Notes under the pieces: generated by a model | The model's database searches: none | What the model was told of the DNA's origin: nothing | Seen by the model: the letters and a program-made list of their open reading frames with translations, nothing else | Source of the DNA: Candidatus Heimdallarchaeota archaeon | Lineage (GTDB): Archaea; Asgardarchaeota; Heimdallarchaeia; Heimdallarchaeales; Heimdallarchaeaceae | Length of the DNA stretch: 64,000 nucleotides | NCBI GenBank assembly: GCA_019057375.1 | Contig: DXJF01000050.1 | Location: 64,001-128,000 of the forward strand | Reading direction: 5' to 3' | Shown: positions 42,103 to 51,668 of the stretch, piece by piece | Numbering within the stretch: position 1 is the stretch's first letter | Layout of the letters: each line of letters opens with the position of its first letter | Made by a program: the position numbers and the translations under genes

Positions 42103-43527
42103 TTAATCAAGCTTTTTGTTTTCCTTGTAAATGTCTTGAAGCACGTTTACTTTTTTTCTATTAAGAGGATAAATTAACAAGAAGATGACTCCTAATATTA
42201 AAGCTCCAGCTGGGAACCAAGAGACAAGTGATTTTAATCCAGTAATTGGAGGATTGTTAACATCAGCGGCTGAAAATATGTTATAATCTGTTCCTGCAAG
42301 AATTATAAACATAGATATAATTGCTAAAATGGATGATAATCGAATTATTAAAGCATGAACACCGAAAAAAGAAGCTTCTCTTCTTTGACCTGTCTTCAAT
42401 TCATCATCATCTGCTATGTTGGATATATGTCTATCTATGAAATATGGAGAACCACCAAGTCCAATACCGTTCAAAGCCATGATTCCTAAAGCAACAAAAT
42501 AATTGTTTACAAAGAACATTGGAATCAATACAACAATCCAGAAAATCTGTGATAAAAGGAAACCAACTTTACTACCAAGTTTGTTGTCTACTTTTGACCA
42601 AATTATAACTCCTAGACCTGAGAAAAGAAAAGCAACTAACAGAAGTAATGCTGCAAAGATACTAGTATTATCACCCATCCATGGTTGTTCAAGTATAAAT
42701 TTGTGATAAATGTTCATAACCATTGGGAAAAGAGCAAAAACATACCAGTTCATCATAGAACAAAGCACAAAGATAACAAACCGCCAATTTTTCAATGTAA
42801 TCCAAATTGATTTGAAAACTCCAGTAGTTTCTCTAGTTTCCAATTCTTCTAGTGGAGGCTCTTTTACACCCCATTTGATATTAATCCAAGCTGTTATGAA
42901 GATTATAACTCCAAGAACTGCTCCTGCAATCCAATATTTGTATAAGTTATTGGAATCTGATAAATCTCCCACAATGAAAGTTGGTAATCCCATAGCCAAA
43001 ACTAACCCAAGAATCATCATGATTCTTCTTCCAGCACCTGCTTCTTCTCTTTCTTTGTTAGTTCTGAACATTTCAGGATAAAGAGAAGTTCTATTCAATG
43101 AGAAAGCTGTATAGATTGTATCAAATAAACAGATTATCACAAAGAAGTATATTGAAACCCAAACTGGGTTCTGAGCATAAGTGGTAAATGGTGTGAAAAG
43201 AAAGAACATAATAATTGACAAAGGAACCCAAGCAGCTATCATCCAAGGTCTTCTTCGTCCCCCTCCAAATCTTTTTGTTCTTGTTTTATCAGATATACCT
43301 CCAAGAATTGGATCATTAAATGCATTATATATTGACCAAAGTGCATAAAGTAGAGTTATATAGAAAATATCCATGTCTACTACAAAATAATAGAAATTGA
43401 ATATTAGAAATGAAAATCCCTGATAAGCAACTGCATCTGTGATTTCTCCTGTTGCAAAAGCTAAGTTAAATTTTAAAGGAACAGCTCTTTTAGATTTAGA
43501 TTTTTCTTGTTCCATAGATTGCATCAT
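42103..43527 (-). CDS. MFS glycoside-pentoside-hexuronide (MelB-like) transporter
   Basis: NAFNDPILGGISDKTRTKRFGGGRRRPW, DDDELKTGQRREASFFG. Confidence 0.9.
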   Translation of the reverse strand: MMQSMEQEKSKSKRAVPLKFNLAFATGEITDAVAYQGFSFLIFNFYYFVVDMDIFYITLLYALWSIYNAFNDPILGGISDKTRTKRFGGGRRRPWMIAAWVPLSIIMFFLFTPFTTYAQNPVWVSIYFFVIICLFDTIYTAFSLNRTSLYPEMFRTNKEREEAGAGRRIMMILGLVLAMGLPTFIVGDLSDSNNLYKYWIAGAVLGVIIFITAWINIKWGVKEPPLEELETRETTGVFKSIWITLKNWRFVIFVLCSMMNWYVFALFPMVMNIYHKFILEQPWMGDNTSIFAALLLLVAFLFSGLGVIIWSKVDNKLGSKVGFLLSQIFWIVVLIPMFFVNNYFVALGIMALNGIGLGGSPYFIDRHISNIADDDELKTGQRREASFFGVHALIIRLSSILAIISMFIILAGTDYNIFSAADVNNPPITGLKSLVSWFPAGALILGVIFLLIYPLNRKKVNVLQDIYKENKKLD

Positions 43528-43634
43528 GACTGTGCTTAAATAAAAACTTTATCGCAAAGAATCGAAAAACTAGGAAGAATGGTATCTAAGACAAATCTTC
43601 TCCTTCTTTCTGTTCTAGAAACTTTTCTCTTCTT

Positions 43635-44462
43635 TTAGTCAGATAGCTCTTTCAGAGTCATACCTTGCTTTTCAAGCATCTCTAAAAGCCCATCAAACAA
43701 TTGTACTTGAAAATGTAAAGCTACAGGATGTTTAATATTTATTAAAACACTGCTAAAATCATCAATTGGTGGAAGCAACATATTCATAGATGAACAGGAT
43801 TTCTTCTCAAAATCAACATCTGTATAAAACATTGTTGGCTTTTTTGCTAATAACCCGCTAAATCCATCTGTACTCATCAATTTCTTTATTGGAGGAATTT
43901 TGAGAAGTTTCTCATTTGCTGTAAGTTGCAGAAGTTCTATTCTAGGATTTTCTTTTCGATAATCATTAAATAAGCTGAGAATAAGCTCTTCATCAATTTC
44001 GTTTACTATGACAATTATGATATTCTTTTGTACTTTATCCACGACTGTTTTTAATCCAGCAAAGACAGTTTTTTTACCCTCATAATAAGAGAATAGATCC
44101 TCAACTTGTCTCTCTTTTTCCTTTTCCTTCACATCTTTAAAGTAGTTATTTGCTGCTTTTATTTTTGTATAGATTTCATTTTCAAGTGTTTCCATCACTA
44201 TTTCATATGGTACAGCTGTAAAAGTATCAGGTGTTCCTTCTTTCTCTTGTCTTGTTACAAAAGTACGTTTGACTAAGTCTTTCAAATAACCATATACCTT
44301 TGGTTGTAGAACACCTGCTTCACTTGCTATCGTAGATGCATGTGTAGGACCTTCACCTACTAACCAAGTATAAATCTTAGCTTCTCCTAATGACAATTCT
44401 AAGCTCGTTAAAGCCTTAATAGCTTTTTCCCTGGAGAATGAAGAGGAGGTTGTTTTATTCAT
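43635..44462 (-). CDS. TrmB-family transcriptional regulator
   Basis: LELSLGEAKIYTWL...ASTIASEAGVLQPKVYGYLKDL wHTH plus effector domain. Confidence 0.85.
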   Translation of the reverse strand: MNKTTSSSFSREKAIKALTSLELSLGEAKIYTWLVGEGPTHASTIASEAGVLQPKVYGYLKDLVKRTFVTRQEKEGTPDTFTAVPYEIVMETLENEIYTKIKAANNYFKDVKEKEKERQVEDLFSYYEGKKTVFAGLKTVVDKVQKNIIIVIVNEIDEELILSLFNDYRKENPRIELLQLTANEKLLKIPPIKKLMSTDGFSGLLAKKPTMFYTDVDFEKKSCSSMNMLLPPIDDFSSVLINIKHPVALHFQVQLFDGLLEMLEKQGMTLKELSD

Positions 44463-44471
44463 AAATTAACC

Positions 44472-45635
44472 TCAATCTCTCATCCTATTTCTAACAGAAA
44501 TTACTGCTAGAACAAAGAAAATCAAACACATGCCACCAACCACTAGGAAATCTACCCATAGTTCTTTGAAACCCCATCCTTTTAACATAATTCCTTCAAA
44601 TAAATTAATTCCATATGTTAAAGGTACTATATATGAAACAGGTTGGAGCCAAACAGGAAGACCAACAACTGGGATTAACAGGCCACCTAAAGCCATACTA
44701 GGAATAGCTGTTAATGGTGCAAATTGTATTGCTTGTAATTCATTTTGAGCAAAGTTCGCTAGAAAGACAGACATGAATACATGGGCTAATCCAAAGAGCA
44801 AAGCTGCAAAAATCAATAAGAACGCATTTCCTCTAACTTTAGCTCCGAATACGAAGATTCCAAATATCAAAATAATTGCTACCATAATCGTAGCTATAAG
44901 AAGTAATCCTATTACATATCCTAGCAATCTTTCTGATGATTTCAATGGAGTTGCAAACAGACGATCTTGTGTTCCTTGAATCTTTTCACGAGTAACTGTA
45001 ATAACTCCTACTATAACTAGCAAAAAAATAAGTTCGAATGCTATTATCGCAGGAATTCCTACATCTAATCCAGTAAATTCAGCACCATCATGAGCTAATG
45101 TTTGAACAAGATTAATTCCTTTATCTCCTATCGATTCCTCCATAGCTTCTCGAACAGCACCTAATACACTAGCTCTGACTGTTGGGCTCGTTGCATCAAT
45201 GTAGACATAGAAACTTGGAGTGACATTCCCGAATGCTAACATATGGGCAATGGATTGAGAAAAATTAGCAGGTATAAGAATAGATGCATAGGATTTTCCC
45301 TTCTCAACTAAATCAATTCCGGAGACATATGTATCATAAGTAATTGTAACTCTATTATCTCCTTCAAGCACGGTAGTAATATTAGAACCCAGGTTGATTC
45401 CAGAATAAAGCACATCATTGTTTTCAATGATTATTGGAACATTATTCACTTCTCCACTAAGAGCTAAGCCAAACACTAACATTGTAATAACAGGAACTAT
45501 TGTCAGTAGAACTAGAGTTCTACGATCTCTTCTAAATTGATTAATTGTCTTAAAAGCAATTGCTAGAGTTCTCTGCAAGGAGAAAGTAGGATTCTTGGGT
45601 TTGAATTCCATTTCCTTTTTCTTATTCATCAACAA
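44472..45635 (-). CDS. ABC-2 type transporter permease
   Basis: Six TM helices; REKIQGT...LFATP; PLTY. Confidence 0.9.
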   Translation of the reverse strand: MLMNKKKEMEFKPKNPTFSLQRTLAIAFKTINQFRRDRRTLVLLTIVPVITMLVFGLALSGEVNNVPIIIENNDVLYSGINLGSNITTVLEGDNRVTITYDTYVSGIDLVEKGKSYASILIPANFSQSIAHMLAFGNVTPSFYVYIDATSPTVRASVLGAVREAMEESIGDKGINLVQTLAHDGAEFTGLDVGIPAIIAFELIFLLVIVGVITVTREKIQGTQDRLFATPLKSSERLLGYVIGLLLIATIMVAIILIFGIFVFGAKVRGNAFLLIFAALLFGLAHVFMSVFLANFAQNELQAIQFAPLTAIPSMALGGLLIPVVGLPVWLQPVSYIVPLTYGINLFEGIMLKGWGFKELWVDFLVVGGMCLIFFVLAVISVRNRMRD

Positions 45636-46377
45636 TCACTCCTTCACTTAATTTAATGAAAATCTCTTCTATTGTGCTTGAATTATGCTCTTTCTTTAAC
45701 TGGTCTGGAGTTCCTTCAGCAATTAATTTTCCAGCTCTCATCAACCCAATTCGGTCAGCTTTCTCTGCTTCATCCATCACATGAGAAGTTAAAACTAGAG
45801 TAACACCATTTTTCTTTAGAGATCTAAAATATTCCCAGAAAAACGTTCGAAGGACAGGATCAACTCCGACTGTTGCTTCATCGAAGAATACTATCTTTGG
45901 GGAATGAATTAAAGCACAAGCTATACTAGCTCTTCTCTTCATTCCACCAGAAAGATTCTTAGCTAGAGCTTTTCTTTTTTCTTCCAGACGCAAAATTTGC
46001 ATAAGTTCATTATATTTTGGTACAAATTCTGCTTTCTTCATTCCATATAATCTAGCAAAAAAACGTACATTTTCTTCTAGGTTTAGATCATAGTAGATAG
46101 AGTAATCTTGAGGAGCAACACCGATATAATTTGTAATCAATCGTCTATTCTTTGGTATTTCTTGACCTAAAACTTTGATTAATCCAGATGTTGGAAAAAG
46201 AGCTCCAGTAATCATGTTTAAAGAAGTTGTCTTGCCACTACCATTTGCACCTATTAAAGCATAAATCTCTCCTTTTTTTATCTTCAAGTTTAAGCCATTT
46301 ACAGCTTTCACTTTTCCTGTCTTGTAGATTTTTACAAGATCTTGAGTTTCAATTACGTATTCACTCTCAACTGTCAA
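45622..46377 (-). CDS. ABC transporter ATP-binding protein
   Basis: GANGSGKT, LSGGMKRR, FFDEATVGVDP. Confidence 0.95.
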   Translation of the reverse strand: MTVESEYVIETQDLVKIYKTGKVKAVNGLNLKIKKGEIYALIGANGSGKTTSLNMITGALFPTSGLIKVLGQEIPKNRRLITNYIGVAPQDYSIYYDLNLEENVRFFARLYGMKKAEFVPKYNELMQILRLEEKRKALAKNLSGGMKRRASIACALIHSPKIVFFDEATVGVDPVLRTFFWEYFRSLKKNGVTLVLTSHVMDEAEKADRIGLMRAGKLIAEGTPDQLKKEHNSSTIEEIFIKLSEGVIVDE

Positions 46378-46591
46378 TTTATCACCTAAACAATCATTAC
46401 TACATCAAGTTAGTTAATTCAAACTAATAAATGTTTCGTGTGCTACTCCCGAAGGTAGTAGTGAAAAATGTTAGAATTGTTTAATATTTCATTTGATGAA
46501 ATCTGAGAATCATCTCAGTAAATGTTTCGTTTCACACGACTTTTCATAATATAGAAATTTCAAATATTCATCTGTATAGGAGGTTATCCAT

Positions 46592-47674
46592 ATCTTTGCA
46601 ATTGGGACTAACTTATTTATTTGGTTGAAACTGTTGTTTGAGAACAAACTAGATATTTCATGGAAAAAACTTCCTCATGTTTTTGTAATAACTTTTATAA
46701 TTATACTTTTTACACCTCTTGCTATAATTGAAAGATTGCTTGTTTGGCGAAAACTAGGTGAAGTTGAACTGAAACATCAGCCAATATTCATACTTGGACA
46801 TTGGCGCCAAGGAACAACATTTCTACATGAACTCTTTAACTGTAATCCAGAATATGAATTTATGACACTATTTGAGAGTGTGTTTCCTAATCACTTTCTC
46901 TATTCTTCCGAGTTTTTAAGATGGTTTCTTAATCTTTTTCTTCCCGAAACAAGACCTCAAGATGACTTGAAAATTACTGCGGATTTACCTAGTGAACATG
47001 ATTTTGCAATCGCTAACCTAAGCTCTATGTCACCCTATTCCGGAGCATATTTTCCTAATAACCAGGATGCTTACAACAAGTATGTTACTCTTGAGGGATT
47101 ATCTGAAAAACAAATTGAGAAAATAAAAAGCAGTTTCAGATATATGATGAAAAAATTGATAGTTAAGAAAAAATACAAAAGATTAGTTCTAAAAAGTCCT
47201 GTTGATACTGCTCGGGTTGGATTCCTGTTGGAGCTGTTTCCAGACGCGAAATATGTTCATATTGCTCGTAATCCCTACGAAGTTTACTACTCAACAAAAA
47301 GAATGCACCAGAAATTAGTTCCTATTTTTCAGCTTCAAGAGGGATATCCAGATCTGGATAAATTTGTTCTTGAAATATTTGAAGGGATGTATACTAAGTT
47401 CTATAATGAAGTAGATTTAATACCCAAAGAAAATTTCATCGAAATTAGATATGAAGAGTTCATAGCAAATCCAGTAGATGAAATGGAAAAAATATATGAT
47501 TCTTTATCACTACCAGGATTTAATGAAGCTAAACCACATATAGAGAATTATATTGAAAGAAATAAGAATTACACTCCAAGTAAATACAAAATTCCTCTTG
47601 AAGAAAAGAAACGAATTTTCACACGATGGCAAAGTATTTTCGAAAAGATGAAATATGGAAAAGCGTTTATCTAA
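46592..47674 (+). CDS. PAPS-dependent sulfotransferase (copy 1); start reassigned to ATC at 46592
   Basis: FILGHWRQGTTFL (5'-PSB loop), LKSP, HIARNPYEVYYS. The N-terminus IFAIGTN aligns with MFAVGAN of copy 2, and SD AGGAGGT sits 7 nt upstream. Confidence 0.85.
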   Translation: MFAIGTNLFIWLKLLFENKLDISWKKLPHVFVITFIIILFTPLAIIERLLVWRKLGEVELKHQPIFILGHWRQGTTFLHELFNCNPEYEFMTLFESVFPNHFLYSSEFLRWFLNLFLPETRPQDDLKITADLPSEHDFAIANLSSMSPYSGAYFPNNQDAYNKYVTLEGLSEKQIEKIKSSFRYMMKKLIVKKKYKRLVLKSPVDTARVGFLLELFPDAKYVHIARNPYEVYYSTKRMHQKLVPIFQLQEGYPDLDKFVLEIFEGMYTKFYNEVDLIPKENFIEIRYEEFIANPVDEMEKIYDSLSLPGFNEAKPHIENYIERNKNYTPSKYKIPLEEKKRIFTRWQSIFEKMKYGKAFI

Positions 47675-47721
47675 AATTTAATAAGGTTTAGAAAGTAACT
47701 TAGTATTTGTAGGTTTTTACA

Positions 47722-48807
47722 ATGTTTGCTGTTGGTGCAAACTTCAGAACATGGATGAGGTCATTGATTGAGAATAAGTTTAACCTATCTCTAAAAAGAA
47801 TACTACAAATTTTCTTTATCACTCTACTTGTAGTATTTTTCACTCCTTTTGGTTGGATAGAATCTTTGCTTTTCAATCGCAAAGTAAAGAATATAAAATT
47901 AGAAGAAGATCCTCTCTTCATTCTCGGTCACTGGAGAAATGGAACAACCTTTCTCCAGGAATTACTTATTCGAAACCTCAATCATAATTATATGACTGTG
48001 TTCGAGTCAATATTCTCCAATCATTTTCTGTATTTTGAAAAACTGATGAAATGGTTACTTGGTTTGTTTTTACCAGAAACTAGACCTCAAGATGATGTTA
48101 AATTTGGTGTAGATTCACCACATGAACATGAGATTGCAATTGCCAATCTGTGTTCAATGTCTCCATACTTGGGTGGTTATTTCCCTTTGAATGTTGAGTT
48201 CTATAGTCGATATGCTTTATTTAAAGACTTATCTCAGAATCAAATAAACAAAATCAAATTTTATACAGAATATGTTATCAAAAAACTTTATCTGAAAAAA
48301 GGGAATAAATTACTAATTCTAAAAAGTCCATTTGATACAGCAAAAGTTGACCTTCTTATAGATCTTTATCCCAACGCCAAATTTGTTCATATTTATAGAG
48401 ACCCATACGAGGTTTTTTTTTCAACAAAACGATTGCATGAAAGAACAGGTAATCTCCTTAGATTACAAAAAGGGTATCCAGATCTAAACAAGTTTATTCT
48501 CAATTCTTATAGAGATATTTATGAGAAATATTACACAGATAAAAAACTAGTTCCAAAACATAATTTAGTTGAAATCAGATATGAAGATTTCATAGCTGAT
48601 CCTATAGCTTTCATAAAGCTGATTTATGATAAATTTAATCTCAAAGGTTTTGAAGAAGCTTTACCTGAAATTGAAGAGTATCTTACAAGTGAGAAAGACT
48701 ATAAAAGACATAAGTATAACATTTCGTTAAAAGACAAACAAAGGATTTATTCTTATTGGTATACAATAATTGATAGAATGGGATATAATAAACCAAAACA
48801 AGCTTAA
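47722..48807 (+). CDS. PAPS-dependent sulfotransferase (copy 2)
   Basis: FILGHWRNGTTFL, ETRPQDD, LKSP, HIYRDPYEVFFS. Confidence 0.9.
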   Translation: MFAVGANFRTWMRSLIENKFNLSLKRILQIFFITLLVVFFTPFGWIESLLFNRKVKNIKLEEDPLFILGHWRNGTTFLQELLIRNLNHNYMTVFESIFSNHFLYFEKLMKWLLGLFLPETRPQDDVKFGVDSPHEHEIAIANLCSMSPYLGGYFPLNVEFYSRYALFKDLSQNQINKIKFYTEYVIKKLYLKKGNKLLILKSPFDTAKVDLLIDLYPNAKFVHIYRDPYEVFFSTKRLHERTGNLLRLQKGYPDLNKFILNSYRDIYEKYYTDKKLVPKHNLVEIRYEDFIADPIAFIKLIYDKFNLKGFEEALPEIEEYLTSEKDYKRHKYNISLKDKQRIYSYWYTIIDRMGYNKPKQA

Positions 48808-48942
48808 GAATGCAATTATTCAAACTTCTGACAGTTTGAACAGATATAGTTGTTTGTGCTTGAAACACTTATTTTTTCAATTTTAGTACTGCAGTTTGGA
48901 CAAGTTTTTCATGCCCTCTTTGAACTAATTATTCTCTCATAT

Positions 48943-49455
48943 TCACCTTTCAGGAGGGATAGTAACAGAATATCCACCTTCAGTGTGAGAACTTCTTAGC
49001 TTCCAGATATTAAAACCAACTCCAAAACATAAAATCTTTGGATCTGGTTCGATTTTAATATAAACATATTCTTCATCTCTCTCAAAATCAATATCTGCAA
49101 TTATCATTTTCAAAATTCTCTTCTCTGAAAAGATATCAATTATATCCTCTGTATTTACGGGTACTAATTTAGCTACTCCGTTCAATGTAATCGTACCAGA
49201 GGGAACAAAACGTAGATGATGATGTGGGAAAGGTATAATGAAAGATACTTTCGGGTTTCTCTGTATGTTTCTTACTTTCCTATATTTTCCTGAAGTTAAT
49301 AGGTACAAAGCAAATTCAGTATCAGGTTTTGAAACTCCATAAAGAATTCCAGTTGTATGTGGAGTTCCATCTGAATTCAAAGTATGAAGTATTCCAAATG
49401 TTTTTTTTCGTATTTCTTTCTCAACAAAAGAGAAGTTGAACTTAGTCATGTGCAA
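48943..49455 (-). CDS. Pyridoxamine 5'-phosphate oxidase-like FMN-binding split barrel
   Basis: GILHTLNSDGTPH, SGKYRKVRNIQRNPKVS. Confidence 0.8.
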   Translation of the reverse strand: MHMTKFNFSFVEKEIRKKTFGILHTLNSDGTPHTTGILYGVSKPDTEFALYLLTSGKYRKVRNIQRNPKVSFIIPFPHHHLRFVPSGTITLNGVAKLVPVNTEDIIDIFSEKRILKMIIADIDFERDEEYVYIKIEPDPKILCFGVGFNIWKLRSSHTEGGYSVTIPPER

Positions 49456-49555
49456 ACATTTTCACCTACAACTAAAGACATTTCAAAGGATATAAGCTTA
49501 TTTAATTTTCCTTCTGCTTAAATGACTTTTTAAAGTAAAAACTACTTGTTATACA

Positions 49556-50029
49556 ATGAATAAAATGAATGAAGAGACTAAGCAATTATTGGAAGAATTA
49601 ATGGAAAGGCCTTACTCAGCATATCTAGCGACGATTGATGAAAATGGTTTTCCATCCATAAGAACTGTTTTCAATTTGCGGTGTAAAGAGAAATTTGCTC
49701 ATCCTGCTAAAGTAATTGAAGATTATGACGATAATCCTTATACTGTCTATATATCTACTAACACATCTTCAGTCAAGATGAAACATATCTTAAATGACCA
49801 GAGAATTGCTTTGTATTTCAGTATTCCAGATGAAGTTAAAGGTATCATGTTACAAGGGAAAGCTGAAGTATTGGAAGATAAGGAATTTAAAAAGAATATT
49901 TGGATGGATAATTGGAAAATCTATTACCCATTAGGATATGATGATCCTGATTTTACAATTCTCAAACTAAAGCCTAAGATTTTGAGAGGATGGTTCAGAG
50001 GACCCCATAAACACAAATTTACTGACTGA
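49556..50029 (+). CDS. Pyridoxamine 5'-phosphate oxidase-like / general stress FMN-binding protein
   Basis: YLATIDENGFPSIR, STNTSSVK, YYPLGYDDPDF. Confidence 0.85.
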   Translation: MNKMNEETKQLLEELMERPYSAYLATIDENGFPSIRTVFNLRCKEKFAHPAKVIEDYDDNPYTVYISTNTSSVKMKHILNDQRIALYFSIPDEVKGIMLQGKAEVLEDKEFKKNIWMDNWKIYYPLGYDDPDFTILKLKPKILRGWFRGPHKHKFTD

Positions 50030-50094
50030 TTTTTTGTTCAACTTACTGAATAGATTTCAAGCAGCTTTATTAGTAGAAAGGAGATAGAACACCT

Positions 50095-50634
50095 ATGACA
50101 TCCAGAAAGGAAACAAATGTTAAGGATGTATGCATTGATTTACTAGAGATAGCAGATATTAATTTTCTAGCAAATTTACATGGTTTAAAACCGGAAGATG
50201 TAGAAGTTAAAGCCCACTCTGATATAAACTCAATCAAAACAATAGTAAGACATTGTGTCCGACAAATGGATAGGACTATTGAAACTTATACAAATAATAG
50301 AGTAATGAAAGATCAAAAGGAGTATTCATTCAAGGAAATAATAGATATGTATCTTCAAATCTCTCAAACTTTCTTTGGAATGCTAAGAAAATTTCCACTA
50401 GAAGCATATAATGATAATCCTGGAGGAACTGGGGAAATCCTAAATAAGAGGATACAAAGGATAGCTCTTCATTATCTTGGACATACTGGTCAAGTCGTTC
50501 TCATCAGGAAAATGCTAGGAAGAGGAATATCTGGTGCTTATAGCTTTGTTAAAGCAATGTCAATACCGACTAGAAAGAAAATAAGAAAAGAATGGTTAGA
50601 ATGGTGGTCTGAAAGCAAAGAAGATTTTTCCTAG
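50095..50634 (+). CDS. DinB/DUF664-like four-helix protein
   Basis: NSIKTIVRH and HYLGHTGQ. Confidence 0.65.
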   Translation: MTSRKETNVKDVCIDLLEIADINFLANLHGLKPEDVEVKAHSDINSIKTIVRHCVRQMDRTIETYTNNRVMKDQKEYSFKEIIDMYLQISQTFFGMLRKFPLEAYNDNPGGTGEILNKRIQRIALHYLGHTGQVVLIRKMLGRGISGAYSFVKAMSIPTRKKIRKEWLEWWSESKEDFS

Positions 50635-50691
50635 TTCTAATCCACAGATAAAGTAATTTTATTCTAAAGTAAAGGTTTTAAATGCAACTTT

Positions 50692-51567
50692 TTGCATTCT
50701 CTTGTTATGTCTCAGCAAGAGCAAGTATTCAATAATGTACTCATATCAGAGTTCGAAAAAACTGCTAAAGAACAATATGTAGAAGTTTCAGATGGTTCTG
50801 AAATTAGAATCTTAACCACTAAAGCTCTTGAAGAAGAAGTAAATGGATATACTCTTTTGCTTATTCCAGGCTGGGGTACAGTTGTACCTGGTTGGGAAGA
50901 AGTTTTCATGGAAGCTATCAAAGATTTTGATATACTATACGTTGAATCTAGAGAAAAACTTTCTTTTCGACCAGGGGAAGGGAAGATCAAAAATGATTTA
51001 GAAAGACTTGCTTTGGATGTTCAGGAGATTGTAGAATATCTAGAAATTGATCAAAATAAAATGGTTACTCTTACTTCTTCTTTCAGTACTTTAACAATTG
51101 CAAATCTTTTGGGTTCTAAGAAGATTAAACCAGCTTTATCTGTTCTCATTGGACCTGTATTTCAATTTAATATGCCTCCAACAACTAGATATCTAACGCA
51201 TATTGTACCTCTCTTCCTCGTTTCTATGACTAAACCAATATGGCGGTGGTGGGTTAAGAAATTCAAAAGTGAGGATCCTGTTCAAGCAGCGAAGTATATC
51301 AGAACTTTAGAGGAAGCTGATTTTAAGAAGTGGAAAGCTGTTGCCAAAAGGGTTTGTTTTACTAAAGTTTGGGATTTATACAGACAAATAGAAGAAAATT
51401 ATGTTGTAGTCATAGGAATGGAAACTGATAAAATGCATGCTGTTGAATTATCAAAGGATATAGCTGCAGCAATCTCTAATGCTGAATACTTAGATATGGG
51501 AACCAATCGAGCTACACATTCAGCTGAAATGGTAGTTGTTATAAGAAAACTCTTGAAGAAAATTTAG
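50692..51567 (+). CDS. Alpha/beta-hydrolase fold protein
   Basis: LLIPGWG oxyanion segment, nucleophile-elbow-like LTSSFST, C-terminal D and H residues. Start may be the ATG at 50707. Confidence 0.7.
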   Translation: MHSLVMSQQEQVFNNVLISEFEKTAKEQYVEVSDGSEIRILTTKALEEEVNGYTLLLIPGWGTVVPGWEEVFMEAIKDFDILYVESREKLSFRPGEGKIKNDLERLALDVQEIVEYLEIDQNKMVTLTSSFSTLTIANLLGSKKIKPALSVLIGPVFQFNMPPTTRYLTHIVPLFLVSMTKPIWRWWVKKFKSEDPVQAAKYIRTLEEADFKKWKAVAKRVCFTKVWDLYRQIEENYVVVIGMETDKMHAVELSKDIAAAISNAEYLDMGTNRATHSAEMVVVIRKLLKKI

Positions 51568-51668
51568 TAAATTAATCAATTTATTACAGAATTAAATAAG
51601 AAATCTAATTCCTATTCTAAAGAAGAGAAAAATAAAGTGGGTGATAAGGGTGCATATTCATCCAATCC

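Noticed and set aside
46577-47712. In-frame TAG just upstream of both sulfotransferases as possible pyrrolysine codons
   Set aside because: The TAGs are part of the SD-like TAGG(AGG)T sequences, and further upstream stops close both frames.
48943-50029. Divergent pair of FMN split-barrel genes as a recent duplication
   Set aside because: The two proteins share little visible similarity beyond the fold and look like different subfamilies.
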